Shown here: in pieces, positions 28,851 to 39,812 of the stretch
How positions within the stretch are numbered: the first letter of the stretch is position 1
Layout: every line of letters starts with the position of its first letter
Assembly: GCA_963705255.1 (NCBI GenBank)
Contig: OY970061.1
Location: 2,176,001 to 2,240,000 of the forward strand
Direction: 5' to 3'
Source of the DNA: an uncultured Methanoregulaceae archaeon
GTDB lineage: Archaea > Halobacteriota > Methanomicrobia > Methanomicrobiales > Methanospirillaceae
Length of the DNA stretch: 64,000 nt
The notes under the pieces: model-generated
What the model was told of the DNA's origin: nothing
The model's database searches: none
The model's input: the letters and a program-made list of their open reading frames with translations, nothing else
Translations under genes and position numbers: made by a program

Positions 28851-29234
28851 TTATCTCCGCAATATCTCCAGTTTTTTCTGCTTTCTCAATGATATGACAC
28901 TTATCCCGCGTGCGATCAACGCATCCCTGATGCGCCGGTCGTTCGTGACCACCATACACCCGTTCTGAGCTGCATATTCGATCACTTGGGCATCGACCGT
29001 TCCGGATTTCAGATCCCCGTTCTTCGCAACCGTGCACTTTTCACCGAATGCCAGGCCGCACCTTGCCGCCGCACCATCCCGGCCCTTCGCCCTGCTGAGA
29101 CCCTCGAGCTCTCTCAGCACGCCGGGAAGCACGAGCGGTTCGAACCCCCCGAGAAGCATGCGGAGCTCATCGAAGAGATCGATCTGGAACTGGACCGGCA
29201 TCATCAGGGCGTTGGCATCCAGGAGGACTTTCAC
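28851..29234 (-). CDS. PIN-domain protein (Fcf1-like)
   Basis: VLLDAN..VLREL..VD..VVTND. GTG start overlaps the aIF2-gamma stop. Confidence 0.88.
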   Translation of the reverse strand: MKVLLDANALMMPVQFQIDLFDELRMLLGGFEPLVLPGVLRELEGLSRAKGRDGAAARCGLAFGEKCTVAKNGDLKSGTVDAQVIEYAAQNGCMVVTNDRRIRDALIARGISVISLRKQKKLEILRR

Positions 29235-30466
29235 TCGCCCAGCACACCCATCCCGATCAAGCGCCAGCGTGCTCCCACCTGCCGGCTGATAGCGATCCTC
29301 GAACCCTCTTCTGCACATACGGGTCGCTTCAGCTGAATTTCGACACTGTCCTTCTTTGTGTTCGTGACAACGCCCACGGTGACCGCAGTTCCTACCGAGA
29401 GCATCAGGGGCTCGGAATGCTTCAGTGGTTCGATGATGAGCTCGCTTGTTGCCCCCACGACCCTTTCCATCAGGGTGACCCGGCAGCGGATCTTATCCCA
29501 GACCGGGGGGAGTTTGCCCTCATGGCCCAATACCTGGCCGGCAAGTGCATCGCTCTTGGTCAGGGCAGGGTCGAGTTTGGTACCGACACCCAGAAGTCCC
29601 CCGGGTGTCGCGGTTTCCACCTTTTTCGAGCCGGCATTGATCGATGTGACGGTGGTGGTGATGGGAACCCATTTGATCCTGTTCTCAACCTGTGTCTGCC
29701 TGCCGGGGCGGATCTCGATCTTGTCATCTGCGCGGAGGATGCCCCGGATAAGAGACCCCCCGACGACACCGCCTTTGACATCTTTCCAGTTGCAGCCGGG
29801 TTTGTTCACATCGAATGAACGGGCTATGAGCATCACCGGCTCAGCATTCGGATCCCGTTCCGGTTCGGGGATAATCTGGTCGAGTGCCTGCACAAGTGCA
29901 CCTATATTGATCCCTTTCTGTGACGAGACGGGGATAACAGGGGCATTTTCGGCGATGGTCCCTTTTACAAACGCCTTGATCTCGTGGTAATTATCAATCG
30001 CCTCTTTCTGGCTGATCACATCGATCTTGCTCTGGACGATTACGATCTTTTTGATACCGACGAGCTCAAGTGCCATCAGGTGTTCTTTTGTCTGCGGCTG
30101 GGGGCACTTTTCGCTCGCAGCGATGACTAGCATCGCCCCGTCCATCAGTGCCGATCCTGAGAGCATCGTCGCCATCAGGGTCTCGTGTCCCGGTGCGTCA
30201 ACAAAAGAGACGGAACGGAATGGCGTCCCTTTTCCGCCACAGGCCGGGCAATCGGGACTGGTCGAAAAGGCCTCGGTCCCTTCGCACTTTTCGCACCGGT
30301 AAAATGTTGCGTCAGCATATCCGAGACGGATGGAAATCCCCCGCTTCACTTCTTCGCTGTGCCGGTCTGTCCATGTCCCGGTGAGTGCATTAACTAGTGT
30401 GGTCTTGCCATGGTCGACATGGCCAACGACCCCGATGTTGACATCGGGAACTGTCACATCATGCAA
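29231..30466 (-). CDS. eif2g: Translation initiation factor aIF-2 gamma
   Basis: GHVDHGKTT, RGISIRLGY, zinc knuckle, DAPGHE and WRLIG. Confidence 0.97.
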   Translation of the reverse strand: MHDVTVPDVNIGVVGHVDHGKTTLVNALTGTWTDRHSEEVKRGISIRLGYADATFYRCEKCEGTEAFSTSPDCPACGGKGTPFRSVSFVDAPGHETLMATMLSGSALMDGAMLVIAASEKCPQPQTKEHLMALELVGIKKIVIVQSKIDVISQKEAIDNYHEIKAFVKGTIAENAPVIPVSSQKGINIGALVQALDQIIPEPERDPNAEPVMLIARSFDVNKPGCNWKDVKGGVVGGSLIRGILRADDKIEIRPGRQTQVENRIKWVPITTTVTSINAGSKKVETATPGGLLGVGTKLDPALTKSDALAGQVLGHEGKLPPVWDKIRCRVTLMERVVGATSELIIEPLKHSEPLMLSVGTAVTVGVVTNTKKDSVEIQLKRPVCAEEGSRIAISRQVGARWRLIGMGVLGE

Positions 30467-30844
30467 ATGAAATCGAACCTCCTGACTCTCTATAAATTTA
30501 GAACACCAATACCCTGATCTGGAATTAACACCATCTTTGATTCATGCACCCGGACATTCAGCGAGACACCAATCAGAAAGCTGATGCTGGTTTGATAACA
30601 TATAAGGACTCCAGACTTTTATTAAAGTATCTTGCTGAACAGCAGACCATCCGGCTACCAAAATTCAGTAAGTTTCAGCGATGCTGAGTGATTTAACGGT
30701 GGGGATCGTTCCTTTTGTATTTTCCAAAAACAACTCATCATCACTGTATCGCTATCAGATGTGTGGTGTGGCGGGTGGAGAGAAAATGCGATTCAAAGAT
30801 ATCGCTTTTTGGATCGGTCTCCGGTGAATAACTCCGTCACACGC

Positions 30845-32258
30845 TTACGGTGCTGATCCGCGGGTTTCGTGCCCCCGCATCCAGGAGAGCACCCCGGCAA
30901 TGCCGATAATGATGACTGATGCCCAGAGAGCGGCATCGATCCCCCGGATGAACGCATTGGAGACCCCGCCCACGAGGTTGGTGGTGCCGATGAAGACCTC
31001 AAACGCCACATCTCTTGGTATTGAGGCTGCGGAGACCGTGATGGCGATCACGAAACTTCCCAGGATCCCGATATTCTGCATGGTTCTCAGGATACCGGAT
31101 ATCCCGCCATAGGAACCCTGCGGAGCGTTTGCCATGACGGCACTGTTATTGGACGGGAAGAACATCGCAGTCCCCAGGCCGGAGATACCCGATGCTACCA
31201 GCACCACCCAGAGCGGAGTATCGACCCTGAGTGTCAGATAGAAGAGGGTGGCAAGGATCAGCATAAGGGTGCCGGAGGTTGCGAGCAGCCGTGCCCCGTA
31301 CCGGTCGGAAAGCCTGCCCATGTACGGCGAAAGCAGGCTGCCCACGACATACCCCGGAGTGAGGAGGAGTGCGGCATCGAGAGGTGATAATGCACGGATG
31401 CCCTGCAGGTACATCGTGATAAGAAATACTACCGACAGGTACCCGAGACTGAGGAAGAATGCGGCTGTCATGGAGTATTTGAGAATCCGGTTGCCCAGTG
31501 CGGAGAAATCGATGATGGGCCATTCTGTCCGCCGTTCGAAGAGCACGAAGAGTACGATGAAGACCACGCCGAGACATAACGTGACAATGTTCAGAGCAGT
31601 CTGTCCCCTCTGTCGCGAAGTCCACCCCACTGAAAGATATGAACGTGAGTGCAGTGCCCAGCAGGATCATACCCGCGATATCGAGCCTGGCATTCACCCG
31701 GAGATTATCTGTTACGTACCGGAAGCCGAGAACGGTGGCCGCAATCCCGATCGGGACGTTGATGAAGAATATGTATTCCCAACCGACATAGGTCGTTATG
31801 ATACCGCCCAGCACAATGCCGAGCATGGCGCCGCTCGTCCAGCCAAGTGAGAGATACCCGAATGCGGTACCCCGAACGTTGGGCGGGAAGGTGTCGGCTA
31901 TGATCGCACCGCTGTTTGCCTGCATGAGCGCCCCGCCGACTGCCTGGATTCCCCGGGAGGCGATCAGCCAGTAGATTCCGGGGGAGAGACCGCAGAAGAG
32001 CGAGCCGAGCGTGAAGACCCCGAAGCCGGCATTGAACATCCGGCTCCTGCCATAGATGTCCCCTATCCGGCCGAGCTGGGTCGTGCAGACCGCGACGACA
32101 AGGAGGTAGATCAGGATCATCCAGAGCGTGGTGATGAAGGTGGCATGCAGAGAATTGGAGATGGTGGGGAAGGCGAGGATAACGATGGTGGAGTCGAGCG
32201 ACCCCATGAGCGTGCCGAGCATGAGGACGGATATGATGATCTTCTGCTTCGTGTCCAT
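30845..32258 (-). CDS. MFS transporter, DHA2/14-TM type (frameshift near 31610)
   Basis: LDSTIV, GRIGDIYGR and WEYIFFINVPIG, continuing with GRLSDRYG in the second ORF. Confidence 0.88.
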
Positions 32259-32645
32259 CCGGATCTCATGAAATATTACCGGGGCGTGTTAATGTACCTG
32301 TCGAATGGATGGATGAAAAGGGAAAAACGGGTTTTAACGACGAACCTGCGGCGGGCGTCTGCGGTTCATTTTGTGATTTTCGCCTTCAGGCAGCACATGG
32401 GCGCATTTTCGTCATGGTACTGCCATCAGGACCTTTGATCTCCCTGATATACCGTATCCGGGATACATCATGGAGGTCTTCAGCACCGTGCTCACGGACC
32501 TTCGGGTGGATGGGGAGGAGTCCCCGCCGTTCTTTCATCCTTCCGTCTTAATAATGGTTTCCCGGAATAGTTTACTCAGGTCTGACGAGTAATTGCTCAA
32601 TCTGCAGGATGAATTGGGATTCTCAAAAAAGATCGGGCAGGAGGA

Positions 32646-32939
32646 TCAACCCCCTCCTTCACAGCTCTGGTCGATGTTTTTCAGCGCATCCTGCAGTCCG
32701 CTTCCTGCAGCAAATTCCCGTTCGCGGGCAATGACTTTTTTTGCATCTTCAATGATGCCGGCGGCCGTTTTTTCCGAACCAGATGCCGGAACCAGCTGGT
32801 CTATACGGTACAGGAGGCTGGTACTGTCCAGTTCGGCAAAGGTCTCGCCTCTCACCTGTTCGGTGCGCAGGATCTTGCCGGTAGTTCCGGTTCGCGGGTA
32901 ACGCACCCGCATGCCGAGGGCAATCTCTTCTGCTAACAT
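32646..32939 (-). CDS. DUF2098-family methanogen protein
   Basis: GMRVRYPRTGTTGKI...LLY...CEGGG C-terminus. Confidence 0.8.
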   Translation of the reverse strand: MLAEEIALGMRVRYPRTGTTGKILRTEQVRGETFAELDSTSLLYRIDQLVPASGSEKTAAGIIEDAKKVIAREREFAAGSGLQDALKNIDQSCEGGG

Positions 32940-33101
32940 ATAGGAGAATGAGGTGTATTCGATCATATAAGGATTGTTGATCTGCCACCGCCAAAATGAT
33001 GTCATCACCGTTTGCCGGGGTCATGAAAGGGAACACAATTTGTGCGAGCTGGAACGTTGTTCTTAAAAAAATGTTATAAAAAAAGATGAGTTGCTAATTT
33101 A

Positions 33102-33628
33102 GGCTCCGGAGAAATCCTATTTTATCGTGCGATTTGCCTATATCCTTCGACATTTATTAGTGTGACCCCCTCTCTCAAGTCGAAGAACTCTGACGAGTTC
33201 TTCTTATCTTCGAGGTCCTGTTGAACCTCTTCGGAGATCGAAGAACCTGCCGGTTCTTCTCCAGCCTGCTTTTCCCTTCGGGAAGAGCAGTCTCCCCGGA
33301 GGGGGGAGGCAACGCAAGGGGATAATCCCCTTGAATCTCTGAGAGGTCTTCAGACCTCGAAGAGGAGAAGATTTACAAAGTAAATCTTCGACCCCGTTTT
33401 TTCGGGGGTTTTTCATCAACCTTCTGAGGGACTATCGCAATTTTGGAGGAGATCTGCCGTTGCCCAAGGCAAGGGCAGATTCAAGAAGATGCGAGAGCAT
33501 CTTCGCTGTGCCCTGGTGGCAGGCAATTCGAAGAACGCTGATGCGTTCTTCTCTTGTTTCCATGACTTTGTCATGTCGACGCACCCCCAAGAGCGTCAAT
33601 GAAGCAAGCCGATGATTTCTCCAGAGCC
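33102..33628. mobile_element. MITE copy C (527 bp, complete, with extra hairpin modules)
   Basis: TIRs GGCTCCGGAGAAATC / GATTTCTCCAGAGCC (14/15). Flanks CTAATTTA / CTATTTTA (7/8). Confidence 0.9.
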
Positions 33629-36223
33629 CTATTTTATCGTCGTTCCCTGCATGACTGCTGATTCCGGGACGTCGAATGTTGTGCTGGTTCCCTCGATATG
33701 GTATGGCCCGGTGGCCTTCACGTCATACGGGTTACCGGTTGTGGAGTAGGGAACGATAAATTCGCCGTTGACGCTCGCCTGCCGGTACGTGAAGTTTCTG
33801 CCCGGTATTGGTGACAAGAGGAATATTGATGATCCCGCTGCCTTTGATGCGTGCTCCCTTGACATATTCAAATATTTTTACATATTTCAGGTCGTTTGCC
33901 GGCGAATTGAACACATTCGTTGGTGATTCATGGACGAGACGGTAATGGCTGAGAGCCGGGACGGTATCGAGGGGAAGAAGTACGGACACACCGAGAACGC
34001 TCGCGTGGTAACCAGCCTGTGCGTTCTGGTTATATTGATCAGCGCGGAGTGTCGCTTCTGAAACGTTCATTGCTGTTGCCGAAGTGATGACTGGAAGGGT
34101 TGCGTGGGCAATTCCAGGATCAACATATTCGATATAATAGGCGGATGAAGGCTCTGTCATCGAACCGTCGAAGTTGTGGAGTCTCGAGACCATAGTGAGG
34201 TAGTAGAGTTGTTTGTTGAGGAGGGTCGTCTGGTCACTCTGTGCACTGCTGTCTGTGGGTGCAAACATGGTTGTCTGGTATGGCTCGGTAGCAGCTGTCG
34301 CATTCAACCAGGTTGACATAGCCCAGAATTTGCCGGTATCCATCTCGATATCAGTGACAACATACCGGGTCCCGTCGTGATCGAGAATTGAATTTGCGGT
34401 ATCTTCAGATGTGGACATGAAATACGCTGCTGATCCATTCGGACCCGTAACACCCTCCTGGAACGGGTTGGCATTCGGAATGCGTTTCGCGATGTACGTT
34501 ATCATATGCCCGTAATCCCACCAGGACATGACCCCGTATGATTCCGGGGGATAGGTGAACGTCTTCGGGTCGTAGACCCCAAAGTAATTCACGCCGGGAT
34601 CCGGAGTGTTATTCCCCATCCAGGTAAGGGATTCCTTCCAGTCATCGTTCATCTTTGTGGGTATGGTAATGGCACTGGAGTAACTATAGGAAACGGACGT
34701 GTATACAAACAGGACCCCCAGCCCGGCCACGAGTACGATTAATGCTACGGCTGCATAATTGCTGACGGGAATGTCATCACTCTTCTGGGATTTTTTATGT
34801 TTTCTGCCCCGTGCCCCTGTGCCGGTATCCGGTTTTTTCGGGTGGGGATCCTTATTTTCTCCAGACAATGAACCCGCAAACCTCCGGATATCTGATTCTC
34901 CGAGCTCCCAGGCAAAACTGATACAGACTGCTGCAAGGAGAGCGACGTTCACAGCAAGGTAATATTCATACCGGACGTGCTGCCATGTCGAAAACAAAAT
35001 AATAACTGACCATACGAGTGCGAAGACATGGGCAGGACGCTCTTTGCGCACGTTGTTGAATATCATGACAACGAAGCCGCCGATCATCAGCAGCAGGCCG
35101 TAATTGAATGTCACCCAGGCGAGGTCGAGGGCCACCCCCGCGCCTCCTCCACGGTATTCGTAACCGGCTGCTGTCCAAAGAATGCAACCAGATCCAGAAT
35201 GAACAGATCGAAAATTTCATGGCTCACGAGAAACAGGACGGCGATACCAAGAATTACCAGCCCTGCCAGCGTCAAGGGATAATAATATTTCTTCCGCCCC
35301 TTGAGGTATTTCGCAATCAGGTAAAGTCCAATAGTCCCGAAAATAAGGAACAGGTAAGCGATGATATGCCCGACTGAGTAGGTTGCCAGATCGATACCGG
35401 TGCTGTTTTTGAATCCGAACAGCATGAGACCGATAATGGCTATCGTAAAAATAATTATATTGATAATAAGGAGATAATCGCTCGAACGGTTGCGGTAAAA
35501 ATCCACGATGAACTGGATGATGGTGAATACGCCGACAATCATCGCAAAGAGGATCATGGTCGGCATGAGGAAGAGGCCGAGGAGATACGCGATGCCGGCA
35601 AGAGAAGCCAACAGGGCAGTCTTTCTCCAGCTTGTGAAATCTTTCAGATTGATAGTTGCGCCATTCTCAGAATTGATCGCATAGATATACACGAGACAGA
35701 AGAGGGTTGAAAATAGCACTTCCCCTATGTGATGATCGAAATACCCGTATAACGATCGATAAAAATACTGGCCCGATACTATTGCCGTAAAACCCGATGC
35801 AAGAAGCCCGGTTTTCCAGTCCCCGCAGGCCTTCCCGACAAAGTACATGAGAGCCGTCACGAGGGTTGCCATAACGGGAGGTACGAGAAGACAGATGCCG
35901 ATAATTTCCGGCCTTGTCGTCGCCCCGAAAATCATGCAGGCAATGGCGGAAATATAAATAAAGAGAGGGCCCCAGTAGACCGTGGTGCCTGTCGGGTACA
36001 ATGTCATGGGGTCGAACCACTGGTAGGTGGGGAAGTTCACGAGAAGGTGTTCCACCTGACGCAGGTTGTATAACGGGTCATCGCTCCCCACCATCGACAG
36101 GATGTCGGTTTTTCCCATAAGGAACATGGGAACCAGGCGGATCCAGAGGGCAAAGAGAGAAAATAAAACGACCAGACCGAAAACCCAGTAAGTCCGGCGG
36201 CTTTTGAAATCTATTGATATCAT
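33629..36223 (-). CDS. aglB: Oligosaccharyltransferase AglB/STT3 (frameshifts near 35135 and 33805)
   Basis: DDPLY, YFDHH, TVEE, SWWDYG, NPFQ and DTGK motifs spread over three ORFs. Confidence 0.93.
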
Positions 36224-36286
36224 AAACTCAACCTGTATTGAGTATCAGGTTTTCCGTTGAGACCATTAATAGATTTGGATGAGTGC

Positions 36287-37420
36287 CTATAGCAGGCTCT
36301 GAAAAAGTTCTTCAAATTGCCGGGCCTTCTCTTTCCAGCTGTTTCTTTCAAGATTTATTGAAAACGTAGCAGGGTGGGTCATAAGATGCTTTACCTGTTC
36401 GATATATTCCTCCCGTGTCCGGTAAACAAAAAGGTTCGGCCCCCCGATCCTTTCCACATCGGGCATCGGCCGCATCAGGATTGGTTTGCCACAGGCAGAA
36501 TACTCGAAAAATTTGTTGGGAAGAGCAATATCTCCCCACCGGGGTGGTGAAAGCGGTATGGTGCAGACATCCATGCTGGCGATATACTTCGGGAGATCGT
36601 GGTAAGGTTTTGTCCCGGTAAAAATGACATGGTCAGCAACGCGCAGTTCCCGGGCAAGAACCTGCAACTCATGCAGGTAATCAGTGAACAGCGATCCCCC
36701 GACAACGAGGAGTCTGGTGTCGGGACGGTGACGGATTAATGTCGGAAGTGCCCGGATCATTTCGTCAATGGCATACCAGCGCTCGACACTCCCGCAGAAC
36801 CCGATCACGAAGTCGTCGGCCCCTATACCCAGTTCAGAGCGGGCCACGCTGCCGTCCATGGGCCTGAAGAAATCGGTATCGACACCATTGGTGATCAGGT
36901 CAGCTGAAAAACCAAACCCTCTCAGCTTTTCAACAAGTGATGGCGAAACGGTTGTTATTTTGTCAACAAGGGACAGGTTCCGTTTTGTTATGGCCCAGAC
37001 ACTTTTCCTTACGGTCTCCTGCAGAACACGGTTGGTAAAATACGCTGCAGCGGAGTCCGGGAACCAGTCTTTGAGGTCGAAAACAACAGGGACGTTCTGT
37101 TTTCCGGCTGCATGGATCACCGCGGTTCCGGCCAGTACGTGAGCGGCAACCACAAGGTCAAATTCACCGGTTTTCAGGATCCGGTCGAAAATGTAGTAAT
37201 GGTAAGGAGTGTTGAACGTGTAATGCAGGAGAGGGCGCTGCAACGGGAACAATGTTACCTCTTCAACCGTGAGGCGGGTCGGGCGTGGTACCGCTCTGCT
37301 GACGTGGAAGTGAGCAACATGAACATCATGCCTCAGTGCGATATCTTCGAAGATATTATGGTGCCGCGACGGTACCGGGTGGTGGATATAATCCTGGGAT
37401 GACACGAGAAGGATTTTCAT
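36287..37420 (-). CDS. GT4-family glycosyltransferase
   Basis: ITNGVD..F and PNKFFEYSACGKP. Confidence 0.9.
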   Translation of the reverse strand: MKILLVSSQDYIHHPVPSRHHNIFEDIALRHDVHVAHFHVSRAVPRPTRLTVEEVTLFPLQRPLLHYTFNTPYHYYIFDRILKTGEFDLVVAAHVLAGTAVIHAAGKQNVPVVFDLKDWFPDSAAAYFTNRVLQETVRKSVWAITKRNLSLVDKITTVSPSLVEKLRGFGFSADLITNGVDTDFFRPMDGSVARSELGIGADDFVIGFCGSVERWYAIDEMIRALPTLIRHRPDTRLLVVGGSLFTDYLHELQVLARELRVADHVIFTGTKPYHDLPKYIASMDVCTIPLSPPRWGDIALPNKFFEYSACGKPILMRPMPDVERIGGPNLFVYRTREEYIEQVKHLMTHPATFSINLERNSWKEKARQFEELFQSLL

Positions 37421-37467
37421 AGGATTCTGGTCCCTGCAATGAAATACATCGGGTGTCCGCACCCGAT

Positions 37468-38070
37468 TTACCGGCGGTTGAGTTTCACCTGGCCCGGAAG
37501 ATCCCTGAGTCTTGCAGGAGAACCGATTGCCAGCATATGCTCCGGTACGTCCCGGGTAACAACTGCACCGGCGGCAACCATTGAACCTTCTCCGATACTG
37601 ACGCCCGGGAGCAGCGTTGCGTTGGCACCAATTGCTGCCCCGTCCCTGATATGCGGCCCCTGAAGCCCGCCAATCCCCGAAGGGGGATAACGGTCATTGG
37701 TGAGGACGGCATTCGGGCCGATAAAGACATGATTCCCGATACGGGCATTTGTCGGGACATATACCATACTCTGAAGGTTCACATCGTCCCCGATAATAGT
37801 GTTCCCCTCTATCACCGTCGCCGTTCCAATCGAGACCCGGTCCCCGATCCTCGTCTTCTCACGGATGATGACATTGTGTCCTGTCTGAAAGTCGTCTCCA
37901 ATAACGACATCGCAGTAGACGATGGTCTGGGACCTGATGATTGCATTCTTCCCGATCATAGTTCCGGTAAAGCCGGTTCTTGAAAAGTTGTCCCGGGAGG
38001 GAAAGCCGATCGTCACGGGTTCAAAGATCCGGGCGTTGGGGCCAACGGTATTTCTGCCATATTCGATCAT
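37468..38070 (-). CDS. Hexapeptide-repeat acyltransferase
   Basis: Left-handed beta-helix repeats, [23 protein letters not shown]. Confidence 0.88.
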   Translation of the reverse strand: MIEYGRNTVGPNARIFEPVTIGFPSRDNFSRTGFTGTMIGKNAIIRSQTIVYCDVVIGDDFQTGHNVIIREKTRIGDRVSIGTATVIEGNTIIGDDVNLQSMVYVPTNARIGNHVFIGPNAVLTNDRYPPSGIGGLQGPHIRDGAAIGANATLLPGVSIGEGSMVAAGAVVTRDVPEHMLAIGSPARLRDLPGQVKLNRR

Positions 38071-39811
38071 TCAACGGTCACGCTCTTTGCAAGGTTTCTG
38101 GGTTTGTCGATATCACGTCCCAATGCAACTGCTGTATGGTAGGCAAGAAGCTGAAGCACTACCAGACTGGTAAGGATCTGGACAAAGACCGGGTCCGGGG
38201 AATAGCAATAAAAATATCTGCAATATCCGGAAGTTCTGCATCCCCATCACAACCTATGGCGATGACCGGTGCTCCGCGGGCTTTTATCTCCTTGATATTG
38301 GAGATCATGACACCGTATGTTTCCCCGGGTACGCAGAGTGCGATCACTGGTGTTGCCGGGGAGAGGAGCGCGAATGGGCCGTGTTTCAGTTCCCCGGCAG
38401 CATAGCCCTCGGCATGAATATAGGAAATTTCTTTCATCTTGAGGGCCCCTTCAAGGGATACTGCATAGAACGGGCCGCGACCTACATAGAAGATACTTCG
38501 GGCATGTTTGCAGGCGGCGACCGCTTCGGTGAGATCAAGGAGAAGGACCTCCTCAATCGCCTGGTGAGCATGCAGGAGTATATCGTCAAACTTTCTGTCG
38601 CACAGGCTGTTGATGAGCTGTATCAGCACTGCCAGCTGGGCGACGAATGACTTGGTTGCAGCCACGCTGATCTCCGGTCCGGCCCGCATAAACATGGTTG
38701 AATCTGCGATCCTGCTGACGGTACTCCCCAGAACATTGGTGATCGCTAAAGTCCTGCAGTTATGGGACTTCGCCTGTTTAAGGGCGGAGAGGGTGTCCGC
38801 AGTCTCTCCAGACTGGGAAATCCCGATCACGAGTCCCTCAACCGGTGGTGGGTAGTACTTGAATTCGGATGCAAACTCCAGACGTGCCGGAATTCCGCAC
38901 GTGTCCTCGAGAAGATATTTGAAGATGAGTCCGGCATGATACGATGTACCGCAGGCGACTATCGTTATGGACGGTGGTCGGTGGGAAGACCAGGGTATCG
39001 TATCGGAGTTCACTGCACGAATCGTATTGTAAAATGCCTGGGGCTGTTCATAAATCTCCTTGAGCATATAGTGTGCGAACCCGCCCTTTTTTACATCCTC
39101 GACAGACCAGTCTATCAATTCTACCGGCCGGGCCACACGCTCTTCCCGGTTAAAAACCTCGACCCCCGTCCGCTTCAGGGAAGCAATATCTCCGTCTTCC
39201 AGGAACATTGCCCGCTCGGTATGCTCGATGATGGGGGTCATGTCAGAAGCCGCGAAGATCTCCCCGTCACCAATACCGATCACCAGCGGACTTGCGTTTC
39301 TTGCAGCAATTATCCTGTCTTCGGAACTCGATATGACCAGGATGGCGTAGGATCCTTCGAGCTTGGGCACGACCGCCTGTACTGCCGCAAGGAGATCTTT
39401 TCTTCCCGGATATTCCTCCTCAATGAGGTGAACAATCACTTCAGTGTCGGTTTCTGAACGGAACGTATGCCCCCTTGAAAGGAGCTGGCGTTTTAACTCA
39501 GCGTAATTCTCGATGATCCCATTGTGGACAAGTGCAATGGTACCTGTGCAGTCGGTATGCGGATGGGCATTTACATCATTTGGGATCCCATGGGTTGCCC
39601 ACCTTGTGTGACCAATCCCTGTCTTACCCGTCAGCCGGGCAGCAGCGCCTGAATTTTCCGATATCCGTCCCTGGTGCTTGACAAGCGCAATGCTGTTTCC
39701 GGTCGTCGCGATCCCGAAAGAGTCGTAACCCCGGTACTCCAGTTTTTTCAGGCCTTCGACGATCAGAGGTGCAGCGTCTCTCCTGCCAACGTACCCTACG
39801 ATACCGCACAC
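38067..39811 (-). CDS. glmS: Glutamine-fructose-6-phosphate transaminase (frameshift near 38190)
   Basis: [20 protein letters not shown] and ELKHG. C-terminal [12 protein letters not shown] lies in the shifted frame. Confidence 0.96.
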
Positions 39812-39812
39812 G

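Noticed and set aside
32290-32600. Short ORFs between the MFS gene and DUF2098
   Set aside because: Competing short frames on both strands with no motif or translation signal; not supportable.
33204-33419. ORFs inside the MITEs (33204-33419, 3' part of 23912-24664, 14726-15013) as a repeated small protein or transposase
   Set aside because: Similarity comes from the DNA repeat. Frames are not preserved between copies and no DDE or HUH motif is present.
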